Shown: positions 39,012-52,946 of the stretch, in pieces
How the letters are laid out: every line of letters begins with the position of its first letter
How positions within the stretch are numbered: position 1 is the first letter of the stretch
Assembly (NCBI GenBank): GCA_904063045.1
Contig: CAJFCJ010000028.1
Location: forward strand, 749,230-813,229
DNA: 64,000 bases
Source: Dimorphilus gyrociliatus
Taxonomy: Eukaryota > Animalia > Annelida
Direction: 5' to 3'
Program-made: the position numbers and the translations under genes
The notes under the pieces: generated by a model
What the model saw: the letters and a program-made list of their open reading frames with translations, nothing else
Databases searched by the model: none
What the model was told of the DNA's origin: nothing

Positions 39012-42000
39012 TTAAAGAACATCTCTAACAAAAGGTTCGTTTAACAATTCATTAGCTGTTGGTCTAAATTTCGGATCCCTTGTAAAGCAGAGTTTTATAA
39101 AGTCTCTAGAAGTTTGACTAATTGATTTTGGTAATTCGTATTTTGGAAGTTCTGTTGCTGTTCTAAATATGGCGGCCATAGCTTCTAAGTCATGGTTTGG
39201 CGGGTTTGTGGTTAACATTTCAACAATAGTAGCACCGAGACTCCTGGTAAATTCACAATTGAAAGATAGTAATACAAAAGTTAGGGTTGTTTTAATTTTA
39301 ACTTAATAAATATTTCAAGTTTCACACGAACCATATATCGGCTCGTCGACCATATGGCCGACCATTTATGACTTCTGGTGCCATCCAATACGGAGTGCCA
39401 GTAGCTGTTCGTAATCCCATAGATGTGCAAACGGCCTAAAATAGATTTCAATAGTTAAATTTTACAAGTTTATTTATTAATTCTCTCTAAAAAACATAAA
39501 CAAAGAGACAATACAATTTTTCTATTAAAAAAAAGAGAAATTACAGAAAAAACGTCAATAAAAGAACGTTTTTTCAAATAGTAATTTAAACTAACCTGTA
39601 CGTGCTTTGAAGCTCCGAAATCAGCTATTTTTACATTTCCACTAGGATCCTTAAGTATATTAGCGCCTTTAATATCACGATGAACAATAACAAAACTATG
39701 TAAGTATGCCAAGCCCTCTAATATCTGTTTGGTATATCGCTTGGTGACATTCTCAGAAAGACCTTTGTATTTTATAATTTCTTTCCTAACTGAACCCTAA
39801 ATAAGCAACAATACAAGAAATATATAGAATTGGTTAGAATTCTTGAAATGAATTTAATTATTATAAGGAAACCAACCCCGGCCATATATTCCATAAAGAT
39901 ACATAAAGAATCTTCCGTTGCCATACAGCCAAAATATTGTACAATACGCTGATGCTCAATGCCTTTTAGTAATTTGATCTCCATCATAAGGGCTTTAACT
40001 TCCTTTGAAGTTTCTTTATTCTTATTACATAATTTAACCTCTTTCATTGCCAATTCCCGTCCAGTGTCTTGGTCATAGCATTTGAACACCTTGCCAAAAC
40101 CTCCTTCGCCTATGGCAATCTCTTTTTTAAAGTGACGTGGAGGTTGAGGAGCTGCAACAAAAATAATAGTTAATGAGTAAATTGTGCCAAGGCCACATTT
40201 CTCTACTTTAACTTACAACTTAAGCTATTTTCGTTCATTTTATTCCTCACTTGATATAATTTATCATAGAATTCGTTAAATCTGGGAGAAAAAATTCATT
40301 AAAATTACTTTAATTATATAATGGAACGTATAAATTTTATACGTACGAAGGAGATGACATTCCGCTGCCACTCGAGCAAGTTGAGCTAGAAGTATCACCA
40401 TTTTGATTTCTTTGAAAGGAACCGTTACTTTTATCACCATAAAATGATGGCATGAAACTGCCAGTTTCTTTTGACCGAGGAAATGTTCTATTTGCCGAAT
40501 TTAAGGCAGTTTCTGAGGAAATATTATTAGTTTTCGTTCGTGGAAAAGTCCCTGCAGGACTATTTAATACGCCTGGAAAATATAAAGATTAACAATAATT
40601 AAGATAATTTTCATTGTTGATTAATTACGATAATCACTATTATGCATTAGAGAAGTGGAAGAAGTCCGTACACTGTTGAGGGAACCTTTGTAACTTGCAC
40701 CGTATTCACTTGATTTAACGCTAGATGGGCTTTCTTGCTGACTCTATAAATAAAGCAGAAAAAAATTATCTTCACATTCATAACAAGAAATTATTAAATG
40801 CGCCTAATTATTCTTTAATATACTTACAGGTAAGTCCTCAGGAATAAATTCGCCCCCGGGCGTTACATGCTGTGGGCGACAAATTTTTGCCGTATCTTCA
40901 TCAGGAAGACAACCCGGAGGAGGAGAATATCGTTTCGGTGGGTCATTATTATTAGAAGGAAATTGCTGTTAATACAGTAAATGTATTGTTGATGGATAAA
41001 ACATGTTGTAAACGTTTAATAAATGTAATACTTCAGAGCTTAATATCAGTCGCAGACTCTTCATTTTTTTATTTCTATCGAACAGATCGATGGCTTTATC
41101 TAAATCAGTTTGAGACACGACAGGAGTAATAATCTGTTTACAAAATTATCAATTGTTTCATTTAATTTTGAGATATTTTAGCCAAAAAAGATATTTAATA
41201 CTTCTCCACTTCTCAGTGTATAACAAATTGACAATTGCTTTCCGAATATTTCACATATCTTCTTTACTAATTCCTCATATTTCACTGGTTTCGTCATGCA
41301 AAAGGCTCTCGTTTCGCCTTTATATTCACATTTTACCTTCAGATCAGTCTGTAAGTATGACTAGATGCGTATAAAATGATTATTTGAAATGTTTAAAGTT
41401 TAATAATTTGATTACTTTTGATCGCTGCCTTTGAATTCCGGAGTTCAGGCCCTTTAATAAACCATCTTTAATGGTTTTGTTAACGTCCTCAGAAGTTTCT
41501 AATTCTAATATAAAAAAAGATGTTTAAACTACTTATAACATTCAAAAAGTATTCAATCTTTCAATTCAACAACATTTTTTTTACTCGCTTAAAAAGAAAA
41601 TTTTGAAGTGTTTAACCCCTAAGCATATTTGATAAAACATAAAGCTAGACTTTCATTATTCTTTCATACTGTATTTTAAATTAATAAGATTAGTGAGAAA
41701 TATTGAAAAATACAGTAAAGAAAAGACTATAGTAAACTTTATTGATTAAAAAATGAAATATAATTTCAAAGGGCTTTTTTCAAAATTTTAAAACAATTAA
41801 ACAACTATATGAAAGCGAACAAGCTTTAAATCTCTTTTAATTTTAACAAAGGAAATTCACTAGGGTACCATTATAATATAAATTAAAATAATTTAAATAA
41901 CAAGATTGGTACTAAGTACATATTTCTGTTAGTCTACGCTTGTAGACGTCACTATATTGACGATTTTAGCCTATAGATATAAAAGTTATCTAGAATAAAT

Positions 42001-44972
42001 CTGATTATTTTTTTTCTTCATCAGGTAGAATTAAGAGGAATTTGTTTAAAATAGATTATTCGTAGAATTAGTGACATCTCCTATTACTAATCTTTACATT
42101 TAAATGGAAATCGTTTCTCAGCTTTTAAGCTAAACATAAAAAGCTTCTCTAGCATGTTTCTCTCGATAACATTTAAAATCTGTGGGATTTTTTTTATCAA
42201 GAAAAGTCAATATATTTCGAAGAGAAGATAGCTCAATGAACATTCCCTAAGGTTTTCTTATTGATTTAAAATACAACATATCAAAATGTAACACAGTATT
42301 ACTAAAAAAGTTGCTATAAAAACTATTAAACATTCATCTACTTTTCAGCTTCTTACTGATGCTACAAAAAGAAATATTTTCTTAAATGACGATTCTATTA
42401 GTTATGCATTCAAGCTGTAAAGAAATCCCGATCTCAATATAATTATTGTCATGATTGGAGAGGTTACAACAAGATATTCTATTAATGAAATCTATATAAA
42501 TTGATATTTTCTATCAACGAAAGGGAAAAGCGGTAAATATGCAACAATTATAGATGATATATCAGAACCTTGACAGGTGAAAAAAGAAATTTAAGATATA
42601 GTCATTTCTAAGTAAAAATCGAAGAGCCAATAATAGCTTAGCCTAAGAACGACAGGGTTGTTTGCGTTCCCGTGACCTCAAAAGTAGAACCCCTCAAAAA
42701 TAATTCAATGAAGCATAGCACCCAAATCATATAGTGTTGATAAAATCTGTGTATTTTTAAGAAATTTTGGAGAGAATTGATAAAGAACCTTAACAGTTTC
42801 TTATTTTTTTAAATACCGTGTTATAAAAACTTCGGGAAAAATAATTTCTATAGAATATATCAATGACATTAATGTTTCATTTCTCCAAGACTTTCAAAGA
42901 TGTCTTCGAAGAATTCGGTTTTCAATGTTACACTATATTATCTATGTATTATGTATACAACCAGATCTTAGTACAACTTCCAAGCAGACAAAAATTCATA
43001 AAGAATATTAGGCTAATTTCTTTAACCATACAATATCATCTTACAAAATAAACACTTCTACAATACATATCTATATATGTTTATATAATAGTAATAAGTT
43101 ATAAGCTTAGCATTTGGACATTTTCTAAGAATGGAATATAAGGAATGGTGATTCAAAGCTTCTATTGATATAAATAACTTATAATTCAACTTTAATTACC
43201 TGTGATAACATGATAAAAATCTATTTTAAACTACTTTCGGTGTACGGTGATATCTATTCTTGTTATAAATACGGTTTGTTGTTTTCGTTTCAATATTACA
43301 CTGTGATTGAGAAAATCAAGAAACATTACTAAACTATTTCACAACAGGAAAGAATAACAACAGTCTTAACAGTCCATTACTTAACATTCATTTAACTATT
43401 ACCTATTGAATTTTAAAGCTCATGATATTTTTATAGATAGAATGTGCTTGAATATCGTTTTCGAAAGTCATTATAAAGATAGAAAATATCAACTGAATAG
43501 CTTCCAACAAAATTAACGAGGCGTGTAAACTGCTCAATTTGATAAATTTTGAAATAGTTTATAAGAATCACGTTTTCTTTTTATTAAATTCATCAATAGC
43601 TACATGTCAAAACGATGCAAAGAAAATATAATGATAATGGATATTAATTCCCTTCTATCATTTAGATTCTATTAATTCAAATATAAATTTTTTACTGTCA
43701 TTCTCGTAAAGATAAAATAAATACAATAAAAGACTCACAGACTATGCAGATATTCCAAACAGAAAAACGACCGAAACATTCATTAAAGATTATGGTTAAG
43801 GTGAATAGGAACTGCGCTTATTTAAAATAATCGAAACGACTTGGATTTAATATTCCTACTTTCTAAGATATTTATAAAAATTAATGAGACGTTTATTAAA
43901 ATATAGTATACCTTTTTTATAAGAAAAATTAACTGACGACAGAATAGAAACAGGAGAAAGCATGAAGTTAGTTGAGGTAATTTTTTTTTACTTCGTAAGT
44001 CTACTTTCATTTGAAATTGGCTTTCAAAAAAGTAAAAGAAAAAAATAGATTGAATCAAGATTTCTTTCATAACATAGCAATGACATTCAACAGATACTCT
44101 GTATTGATAATTTTTGGATATGTTGCCCAAGGTTTCGAAACATTTTATTATATTATTAAATATATAAAATATTAAGTAAAAGTGTAATATTTCTGTTAAA
44201 TGTTTACACCTTTTAATTAATAATTATATTACTTGTAGTATTAAGTGTATCAACAATTACCATTTTAATAGTTTGTTAAACTCAGCACGCTATACGGATA
44301 ATAAGCCCATATAAAGGATTAAGTCATAACTTTAGGATTAAGGTATGGGAAAATTGCTAAATAAAAATCAAATTAAATATTTATATTATTACAGATTCTA
44401 TTCTGATCTTAAATTAAATAGAAACCTAAAATAATCAACAAATTAAATTACAATAAAAAACGAATATAAAACATTGTTTAAAAGAAGAAAGAAAAAAGTC
44501 AAACTTATAAACATTTTGTATATACAAGTATAAATATATTCTTAATCATATGTAAACTGTAAAATATGTATGAAATAATATTATAATTTTGATTATCTTC
44601 TAAATTTCTGTTTTATATTTAAGATTAATAATAAAGATGAATTATAAACTATATAAACAAAATATTGGGTTATACATCCAGTTTTCTTTGTTTATTCTAC
44701 TGATATTAAAAATGTGGGAGTAAGTATTATTTCAAAACATCAATTGTTAACTAGTTCAGTCTCTCTCTGACTGTCTATCTTTGTCTACCTTTATCTCCCC
44801 AACCTCATTTTCTTCATTTTTATTAATACAGTAAATTACTTCTTTTTATTCCTTTTCAATACTACTATTCAACATAATAGAGTTATTGAAAATAGGTTCA
44901 CTACGAAATATTAATACAGTGCAGGTGTTAAGTTCTTAAACAATAAATTAACTTACCCGATGAAGCCATCAT
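39012..44972 (-). CDS. MAP3K2/3: MEKK2/MEKK3-type MAP kinase kinase kinase (PB1 + Ser/Thr kinase), about 550 aa
   Basis: 12 phase-compatible exons: 44957-44972, 41416-41504, 41202-41348, 41032-41133, 40828-40965, 40686-40743 (donor uncertain), 40347-40572, 40217-40281, 39877-40151, 39596-39796, 39332-39435, 39012-39243. PB1 ([12 protein letters not shown]...[14 protein letters not shown]...MKSLRLIL), SPPPG and GEFIPE motifs, two TFPR motifs, kinase motifs [41 protein letters not shown]. First exon (MMASS) inferred from the strong donor G|gtaagt and phase 1. Confidence 0.93.
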
Positions 44973-47038
44973 GGAGAAGCCATAGTTTCGCGCTAAGCGC
45001 GTATCTTAAATCTTTTTAAAAGCTTCTGAAAATGGAGAAGTGTATCGTACCTGTAACGAAATAATATGAATAGAAATGATGTAGGCAACAAGCCTTTTTT
45101 TTTATTTTTGCACGTTTTCAACATACGTCCTAGGTCAAATACCTTTATGATGTAAGAATATAAAAACTTTAGATATTCCAATCAATTTCAGGTATCAAAT
45201 CGTTAATTTTTTCAAGTTGATATATAAAGTGGGGTCAATATATTTTACATATCCATTAATCATATATATAATTATTGCTCTAAATATGCGACAAATTTCT
45301 CAAATACAAAATAAAAAACGCTTCGTTACTCTCTTTTTTACAAGTATGAATGAGCAAGCAACATAAAAGGAATTCAATACACAGTTAGAAACGGCCTATT
45401 TATGTGTAAATATAAATTAAGAGTATATATCATCTAAATCGTACTATCACGTTTTTAAGCTTTAAATATTCTCACCGGAAACAATAGACATTCAGAGGTA
45501 GAAAGATGAACTACTGAAGTTTATCTATTCAAGCTTTATCAATATCATAGAGAATGCTGAGTCTCCAGAAAAAATTCCAACGTACACGTTGCAATGATTA
45601 CTTTTAATTGCGTTAACCATTTTAGGTTTAAACTATCGGAACAGTTTAGATATTCAAGCGTTGAAACAAAGTTCAGATAACTTATTGAATTGAACAATAA
45701 ATACTATCATAAAAACAGAATATTTTATTACAATATACTAATATGTATGAAAATATATAATATGTTAATGTCTATGATCATAAAATACAATTGTAGATAT
45801 AGGTTTAAGCCTAGTTTTCCTCTCCTTATAAAAGAACATTAAAGATTTCGTTTACCAAATATCAGGATAACCATTTATAATATTTTGTCATATTGATCGC
45901 ATTTTAGAATTTGTCAATTATCAGAGGAGATAAAAATATTTTCTCTTTAGAATTTAGAAAACTACTGGTATTTAGTACTTAAACTTAATTATCCTAATTG
46001 GCAAGAATAGATGATTTCATTTTTGTACTACTTGTTAGAAATTACGTAGATATTATAAAAATATTAATTAAAATCAGTAGTATAGGTTCAAATAAAAAAT
46101 TATATAAATATTTAATCAGACTTAAAAAATACTATATAGATAGAAAAAGTTTTAAAAAATGGAACCAGATTCTTACATTAATTTATTTATAATTAACTTT
46201 AAAAAATGTATGAAAATAAAAAAGCATATTGTATTACCACAGGAAAGTGAATAATATGTTTATACAAGTTTTGTACACTCATACAAAGTCATGCAAAACT
46301 TAGTGAATGCACACTCACACACATACACGCACACTTTTAAACAAGCTTACATTTATATACATACACGATGATAATTTTACATACAACCGCTTAATAGTGT
46401 GTAATAAAAATACTCAAACACACATCAACTTCATAAAGCGTGTTCAAGCATTAAATTTTTCAATAGGGATACATATACAAACTTTTTTGCCTCTTAATCT
46501 AGTCCAATATTTGTTATATTATGTTCCCTAGTTTATAAGTAAACTGTCAGAAAAAAATTTATGAACATATGGATGAAAGGGATACTCGTTCTATTTTCCT
46601 ATATAGGCTTAAAATATTAAATCATTTTATGATATTCAGTTTAAAATTCAATTCGAATACATTTTTATGAATAGTCGTAAAAAGAAAAAAAATAGAAAAA
46701 TGCTTTTATAATCTTTTGCGCAATGAACAGAAAACAAATAAATAGGAATAAAATGAATTTCATTTTTAAGTTTTCTTTTTTTAAAAAAATATTCAAATTA
46801 ACAATAAAGTAATAAATATTTAAGGATCCTTGAGAATTCTCAATAAATTAGCAGAAATTAATTCATAAAATATGTATATTAAGCGAGAATATATAACCTT
46901 TCAATTTAATTATAAATAAAAAATTAATTAATACGTTAATCATCTACTATTATATAATTAAAGAAAATAATATTTATAAATTGATAATTAGTTTAACCTA
47001 TTAAAACAATACGAATATCATTGTATATAAATACTTAC

Positions 47039-47200
47039 CTACCTTATTTTATTACAAATAAATATAAAAATTAATCTGATAGGCAGAAGAGAGAGAGAGA
47101 GAGCGACAGAAGGAGAAAAGACAAAGTAGAAATTCTATAGTTAGTAAAATGTCTCTCTTATAGTTTTAGACAAATGGCATAAAAGAATCCAGTCCAAACC
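47039..47200 (-). other. Possible non-coding first exon of the MAP3K gene
   Basis: Consensus donor AG|gtaagtat at 47039/47038; good acceptor tttcgttacag ahead of the ATG exon near 45050; (CT/GA)n at about 47088-47101. Upper boundary is a guess. Confidence 0.3.
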
Positions 47201-48741
47201 ATAACAGGTCAAAGTTTAGAGTACGTGGAGAAAAATAAAGGAATAGTGGTTTACTTTCGCTAAATACTTCTAAGATTAACATATTCTATTTCATATTTAC
47301 CTTGTCTTTATAGCATAAAATATTCTACTTTAGTCAAGATAGACAATTTGCTGGTTTATTATTGAAAGTGCATATATATATATATATATAGAATATATAT
47401 AATATATATATATATTAGTATATATATATATTAGTATATATATCTTTTTCAATGATGTAAAATTTCGGCGCAATAATTATAGGCCTATTAAGCCCAAAGA
47501 AGCGCTTATAAAAAAACTGCTGTCTGTTATTTTTAAAACTACGATTGTCGGTGAATTCGAAGAGAAGAAAAGAACGAAATCTAAACAGTTCTTTATATGA
47601 AGACATCATAGGCTTTATTAGCTTAGAACTTCATTACGCATAAAGAAATTTTTATGCTTATGCATCGACTAGTTTATATACAAACAAAACAATATTTTCC
47701 TTCTTTCTTTAGTAGATAATTAAGATTAAATATTTTATTAATATCTTTTAAAAATATTTAATATTTTATTATTTTCAAACTTTCCTTATCGAATTAAAAA
47801 TTATACCTGATAAGGGAAAATATTTCCTATCTAACAATTAAACTAAGATCTAGGGTATATTTATGTTGTTGTTTTTCTTATTTATATAAAAAGAAGAAGA
47901 TTAAACAATATTATTAAACTGATTATCTTCAGATTAACTTTAAGCTCCCTATTTTATATGCCTTTGTCTATTTTTTATATTGCAATATCGAAAGATATGA
48001 CTTGGGTAAAACATTTTAAATCTGATATAAACAAATCTCTTTTACAAATAAATATTATATTTACAATTTTTCCTTGATTTTAAAAATTTTTAAACTTTTC
48101 AGGTAAATAAAATCTATTTTATTAATTTAATAAATTGTACTAAAAAGCGTAAAAGAACATTAAACTATTAGGGATTCAAAGGACTTTTTCCTTTTTCTGA
48201 AAAACATAAGTCAAATAGGACAATATAATTTTCCTTTAGAAACTTAAATAAATCATTTGGTTTTCTAAAAAAAAATCTAATCCTACTTCTTTAGTATCTC
48301 TATCAGAGTAACGTTAGAAAACACTTGGTTAGAGACCTGGATTAAATTCTATAAAAAATAATATACTTCATACATTTAGACAGTACGTAAATATATTTAA
48401 TACAAGGGAAAAGTGGACAATATTTTAGGTTTAGCACATTCCAAAGTGTGAGATTTTATAATGTGAGAACAGTATATAACTAGTATTTAATTATATAAAA
48501 GTAGATCAGCTTGCCTTTATAAAAGCCTACATTTAACCGTTGTTTAAGAACGATTAAAGGTGAATATTTACTAAAAAAAAAAAGTAACACTGACATAATG
48601 TCTAGTTTGCAAATTTAATATGCTATTGTTTAATAAAATATTGATGAAGGGATTCAACAATAGAAGAAGACGTAAGAAAATAAATTGCATGAAAAAGACA
48701 AAAAAACCTATAAAACATATTAGGCTATTATGAAGAGTACG

Positions 48742-48744
<3 letters not shown>

Positions 48745-48773
<29 letters not shown>
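48745..48773. repeat. (TA)n microsatellite
   Basis: TA run visible directly. Confidence 0.95.
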
Positions 48774-48778
<5 letters not shown>

Positions 48779-48987
48779 TATTATAATATATATTTACTTT
48801 ATAAATACAAGTCTAAATTCAACTTTCAAAAATTAAAAAACATCTCAAATACATACATTTACTTATATATGTATACATAGCTATACACTAATATATAAGT
48901 ATGTAAAACTATATATAAATACAGTATATGTGTACTGTATATAATTTATATATATAAAACTACAGCTATAGAAAATATTGCTGAAAA

Positions 48988-50453
48988 ATGTCAAAGAAAA
49001 CTTCCAGCTACATGTCATATAGTGGATATATCGACGATGAGTCCGAATTTACCATATCTGATTTGCCAAAGGATTATATAGCGAGAGGTAAAAAACCGAG
49101 TTATTGGGACATAAATATGTATGTATGTTGGAAGGACGCACAGTCCTGTTTAGTGGCATATTTTTGTCCCTGCTTAACAGCTGGTAATCTAGCGTCTACA
49201 TTTGGTGGAAACTATATATTAAATTGCATTGGTTGCTTGCTATGGTAAGTAGGATTAATAGGAAAAATCAACAACTACTTATTATACAATTATATTCAAA
49301 TTGATATTTATGTTTTGTAAAATAATTGAAAGCAGGAGTTTTTAACCTTACATTGATCTAAATTAATGCTTAAAGTAGTTATATTCATAAGATTTAATTA
49401 TTTTTGAAATTACATGCCTTTTATTTAACAAGTAAGAAAAAAAAATCACCTTGTCGGATTATCGATAATCGATTATAACAGGGCACAAGTTAAAGAAACT
49501 TGTTTTATTTACAAAGGGTGGTTTTTACCCCCGCGCTTTAAAGATCTATGTAAAACAAAAGGATTATTCACGACAGTTTGATGCATAGAACATACTTTAG
49601 AAAGTGAACTAGAAAAGCCAGCCCCTTAGTCCTAGTACACATTTTTTCTAAGAAGAAAATGCCTATTCACAGTATATGTCACATATAAAGTACGTGACTA
49701 AATTGATACTACTAAAAATATGGACGCTTCAACTAACAACTCGGATAGGTTTACGTCAAATGAGCAAAAGTTAAATAAGCATTTAATAGGCTAGTTGTCA
49801 TACGTTGTATTATTTTCATTCAGAAATTGTTTATAAGAACTCTAACAAGTACAATAAATATTTTAAATACCATATCCAGATTTTAGGGTATATGAATTAT
49901 TCCTTTAGATGATATTTTATGACCACTAATATTTAACTATTGAACCGCAATAATATAAAGAAGATCCGTAATAGGAAACTTTATGACTCATCAAAACGAC
50001 TAAGACACATCCCTAACAATTTATTGTCACGTATCATATCTAAAAAATTTCTGCTTATAACAGAAAATTACTTATTATTTAGTTGTCTTCTTGTTTTGTT
50101 TTAAAAAATGAAAATAGTTGTGTAACCAGACCGAAACTCAGGCAAAGAATTCGCGAGTACAACGGCATACCGGGGGGGTTTCCCAACGATTGCGTAGAAG
50201 CTACAATGTGTCCATGTTGTAGTTTATATCAAGAAGAACATCAAACAATTGCGGGTTAGTTGAACTAATTTTGATAATGTTATATATAAATTTAGGTAAA
50301 TATTGTATTAAACTGTATCGGGTAGTGCCTGAAGGAGTTCTTGAAGATGACAAAAGGACAAATACTTCTAGCCGAGCTATAGATCGTCAACCTCAGAATC
50401 AAATTAGGAGTGTCTCTCAAACAATTTCACAAACATCGATGTCGTACAGTTAA
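48988..50453 (+). CDS. PLAC8/cornifelin-family cysteine-rich protein, about 173 aa
   Basis: Exons 48988-49244, 50118-50254, 50326-50453 (522 nt). PLAC8 motifs CLVAYFCPCLTAG and LRQRIREYNGIPGGFPNDCVEATMCPCCSLYQE. Third exon less certain; retaining intron 2 would stop at 50259. Confidence 0.85.
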
Positions 50454-50974
50454 GAATAAGTAAACCGAGTTCTTATCTCAGTCAAGGATTATTTACGATT
50501 TCTTATATATTTTACCGTCTAAAAATATGTAACAAGTAAAAAATGTATACCAACCTTGTAGATAAAGCTCTTATCTCTCCGATTAACTTAATTCCAATTC
50601 TCAAATACCCGCTTAAATAAGCTTTAGAAACTTCTTTATCATATCTGCTGAAAAATAACAAAAACTTAGACGGAAGTCACGTGGCGCTGGTAATATTTAT
50701 TTTCGTATTTTTTACAATTATCAGACAAATTTATAATACAACTGATTTAATTACAACTCGAATTATAATTGTAAAAAATACTGAAAATGTGAAAATTACA
50801 AAATTAATGTCAAAATATATAACGTCATCAATATTTGTGTACACATGGCAATTCCTATTTCTTCCCATACGATTTGTAAAAGTATTGTAGTAATTGTTTA
50901 AAAAACAAGCATACATTACTTTTAAAACTAGTTTAATTGTTCAATCAAAAAGAATATTTAGTTAAGATATCAAA

Positions 50975-52946
50975 ATGAGTGAAGTAGAAAATTTGAAGAA
51001 AAGAATAAAAGAATTAGAAGAACAATTATTAACCGCTAATGAATCAAAAAGACAAAAAATTGTTGAAATGAGCTCTGAAGTTGTTGATTCTAATCCATAT
51101 AGGTAAATAAAATAAACTTGTATGTTTATATATATTTATCATATAGAAATTCTTTATTGTCATAGTCGGTTAATGGCACTAAAACGAATGGGAATTGTTG
51201 ATGAATATGAAGTAAGTAAAATGATATATAAAATTATGTTACATTTTGTATCATTCTTCAACTTGTAAACTTATTAAGCAATAATATTTACAGAGCAAGT
51301 ATCTTGTAATCAGTACAATATTGAATGTATTCTGACTTTATTTAACCTCTAAATACTTCCTTTCGCAGAAAATTCGAAATTATACGGTTGCTGTAGTAGG
51401 AGTTGGGGGTGTTGGAAGTGTTACTGCGGAAATGCTTACAAGATGTGGAATAGGAAAAGTATAACATTACAGCCGTTTAATTAGTAATTTTAATTTTAAA
51501 CAAAAGTATTCTTTTCTTGTGTTTTCTTGAAATAAATTAGCTTATTCTCTTTGATTATGACAAAGTGGAATTAGCTAATATGAATAGATTATTCTTTCAA
51601 CCTCACCAAGCTGGTTTATCTAAAGTAGATGCTGCTGTGAAAACTTTACAGTAAGGATATGGCATTTTTGTATCAATATAGTCAAGTGTGTGTCAATTGT
51701 TGTTTGTTACCCTTTAGGTCAATCAACCCTGATGTTACTTTTGAGGCTCATAATTACAATATAACAACTATGGATAACTTTGATCATTTTATGTCAAGAA
51801 TAAAGTGGGTAAACAAGCTATTTGAGCTTATTATTTCATCTATACTTACACTAAATGATTGTATTTAGATGTGGTAGCCTAGAAGGAAAGAACGTTGACC
51901 TCGTACTAAGCTGCGTCGATAACTTTGAAGCAAGGATGGCGATTAATACGGCATGTAATGAATTAGGTCAATTTTGGATGGAAAGTGGTGTTAGTGAAAA
52001 TGCTGTTTCGGGTCATATCCAATTTATTAAACCTGGAGAAACTGCTTGTTTTGGCGTAAGCAATGAATTTTAGTAGTACATAATAATAGTAACAATAATA
52101 GTAATAATCTTAATGAAAAGGTAGTAGAGAGGAAATTAAAAAAATTTACCTTAAGAAAATTAAATCTGTTATCTAGTCGTTAATGAAGAAAATATTTCGT
52201 ATTTACAGTGTTCCCCACCTCTTATCGTAGCAACTAAAACAGACGAAAAGACTTTAAAACGTGAAGGTGTTTGCGCGGCCAGTTTACCAACGACCATGGG
52301 AATTGTGGCTGGGCTTCTTGTTCAAAATACTCTTAAATATTTATTAAAATTTGGTGAAGTCTCATATTATCTAGGCTATGGAGCCTTGAAAGATCATTTT
52401 CCCACAATGGTTTTAAAACCAAACCAAGAGTGCGATGATAGATTTTGTAGGGAGCAGCAGGAATTATTCAAAGTAGGCTAATAAACACTCGGTGTTTCTT
52501 GTCATTATAAGATGTTTGTCATAGAAAAGAGAAGCAAATAAGCCTAAAGTCGTTGAAGTCGAGGTTAAAGAAGAGGTTATAGTACACGAAGATGAATGGG
52601 GTACGTAGAATTTGATGGATTTTAATGCAGATTAATTAATATTTCAAGCTATTTTAATTATAGAAATGACAATTTAATCTAGTTAAAAATCAATTATACA
52701 GAAAGAATTACGCATATATTTTATATATATGAAGTGTTAAACAGTAAAATGTTTTTGCTTTATCCAGGTATTGAGTTAGTTAGCGAGTCGAAAGATGATG
52801 AAGAAAAACAGGATGATAATTTAACCGAAGGCGTTCAATTTGCTTATTCCATACCGAAGAGTAATGAAGAAGAAAAAGCATCAACAGTAGCTGATAGTAA
52901 TTTTAGTTTGAAAGATTTGCAAGATCAATTAAAAGCAATGAAATAA
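50975..52946 (+). CDS. UBA5: Ubiquitin-like modifier-activating enzyme 5 (UFM1 E1), 388 aa
   Basis: Nine exons: 50975-51102, 51166-51211, 51369-51458, 51541-51650, 51718-51804, 51869-52055, 52209-52472, 52525-52600, 52768-52946 (1167 nt). Motifs: [51 protein letters not shown], catalytic [10 protein letters not shown], zinc cysteines CFGC and C..DRFC, EWGIELV (UFM1/GABARAP-binding), C-terminal [12 protein letters not shown] (UFC1-binding). Confidence 0.97.

Noticed and set aside
40822-40835. Near-palindromic site acting as a donor on both strands (CAG|GTAAGT on +)
   Set aside because: Explained by the real minus-strand donor plus coding sequence; no evidence of an antisense transcript.
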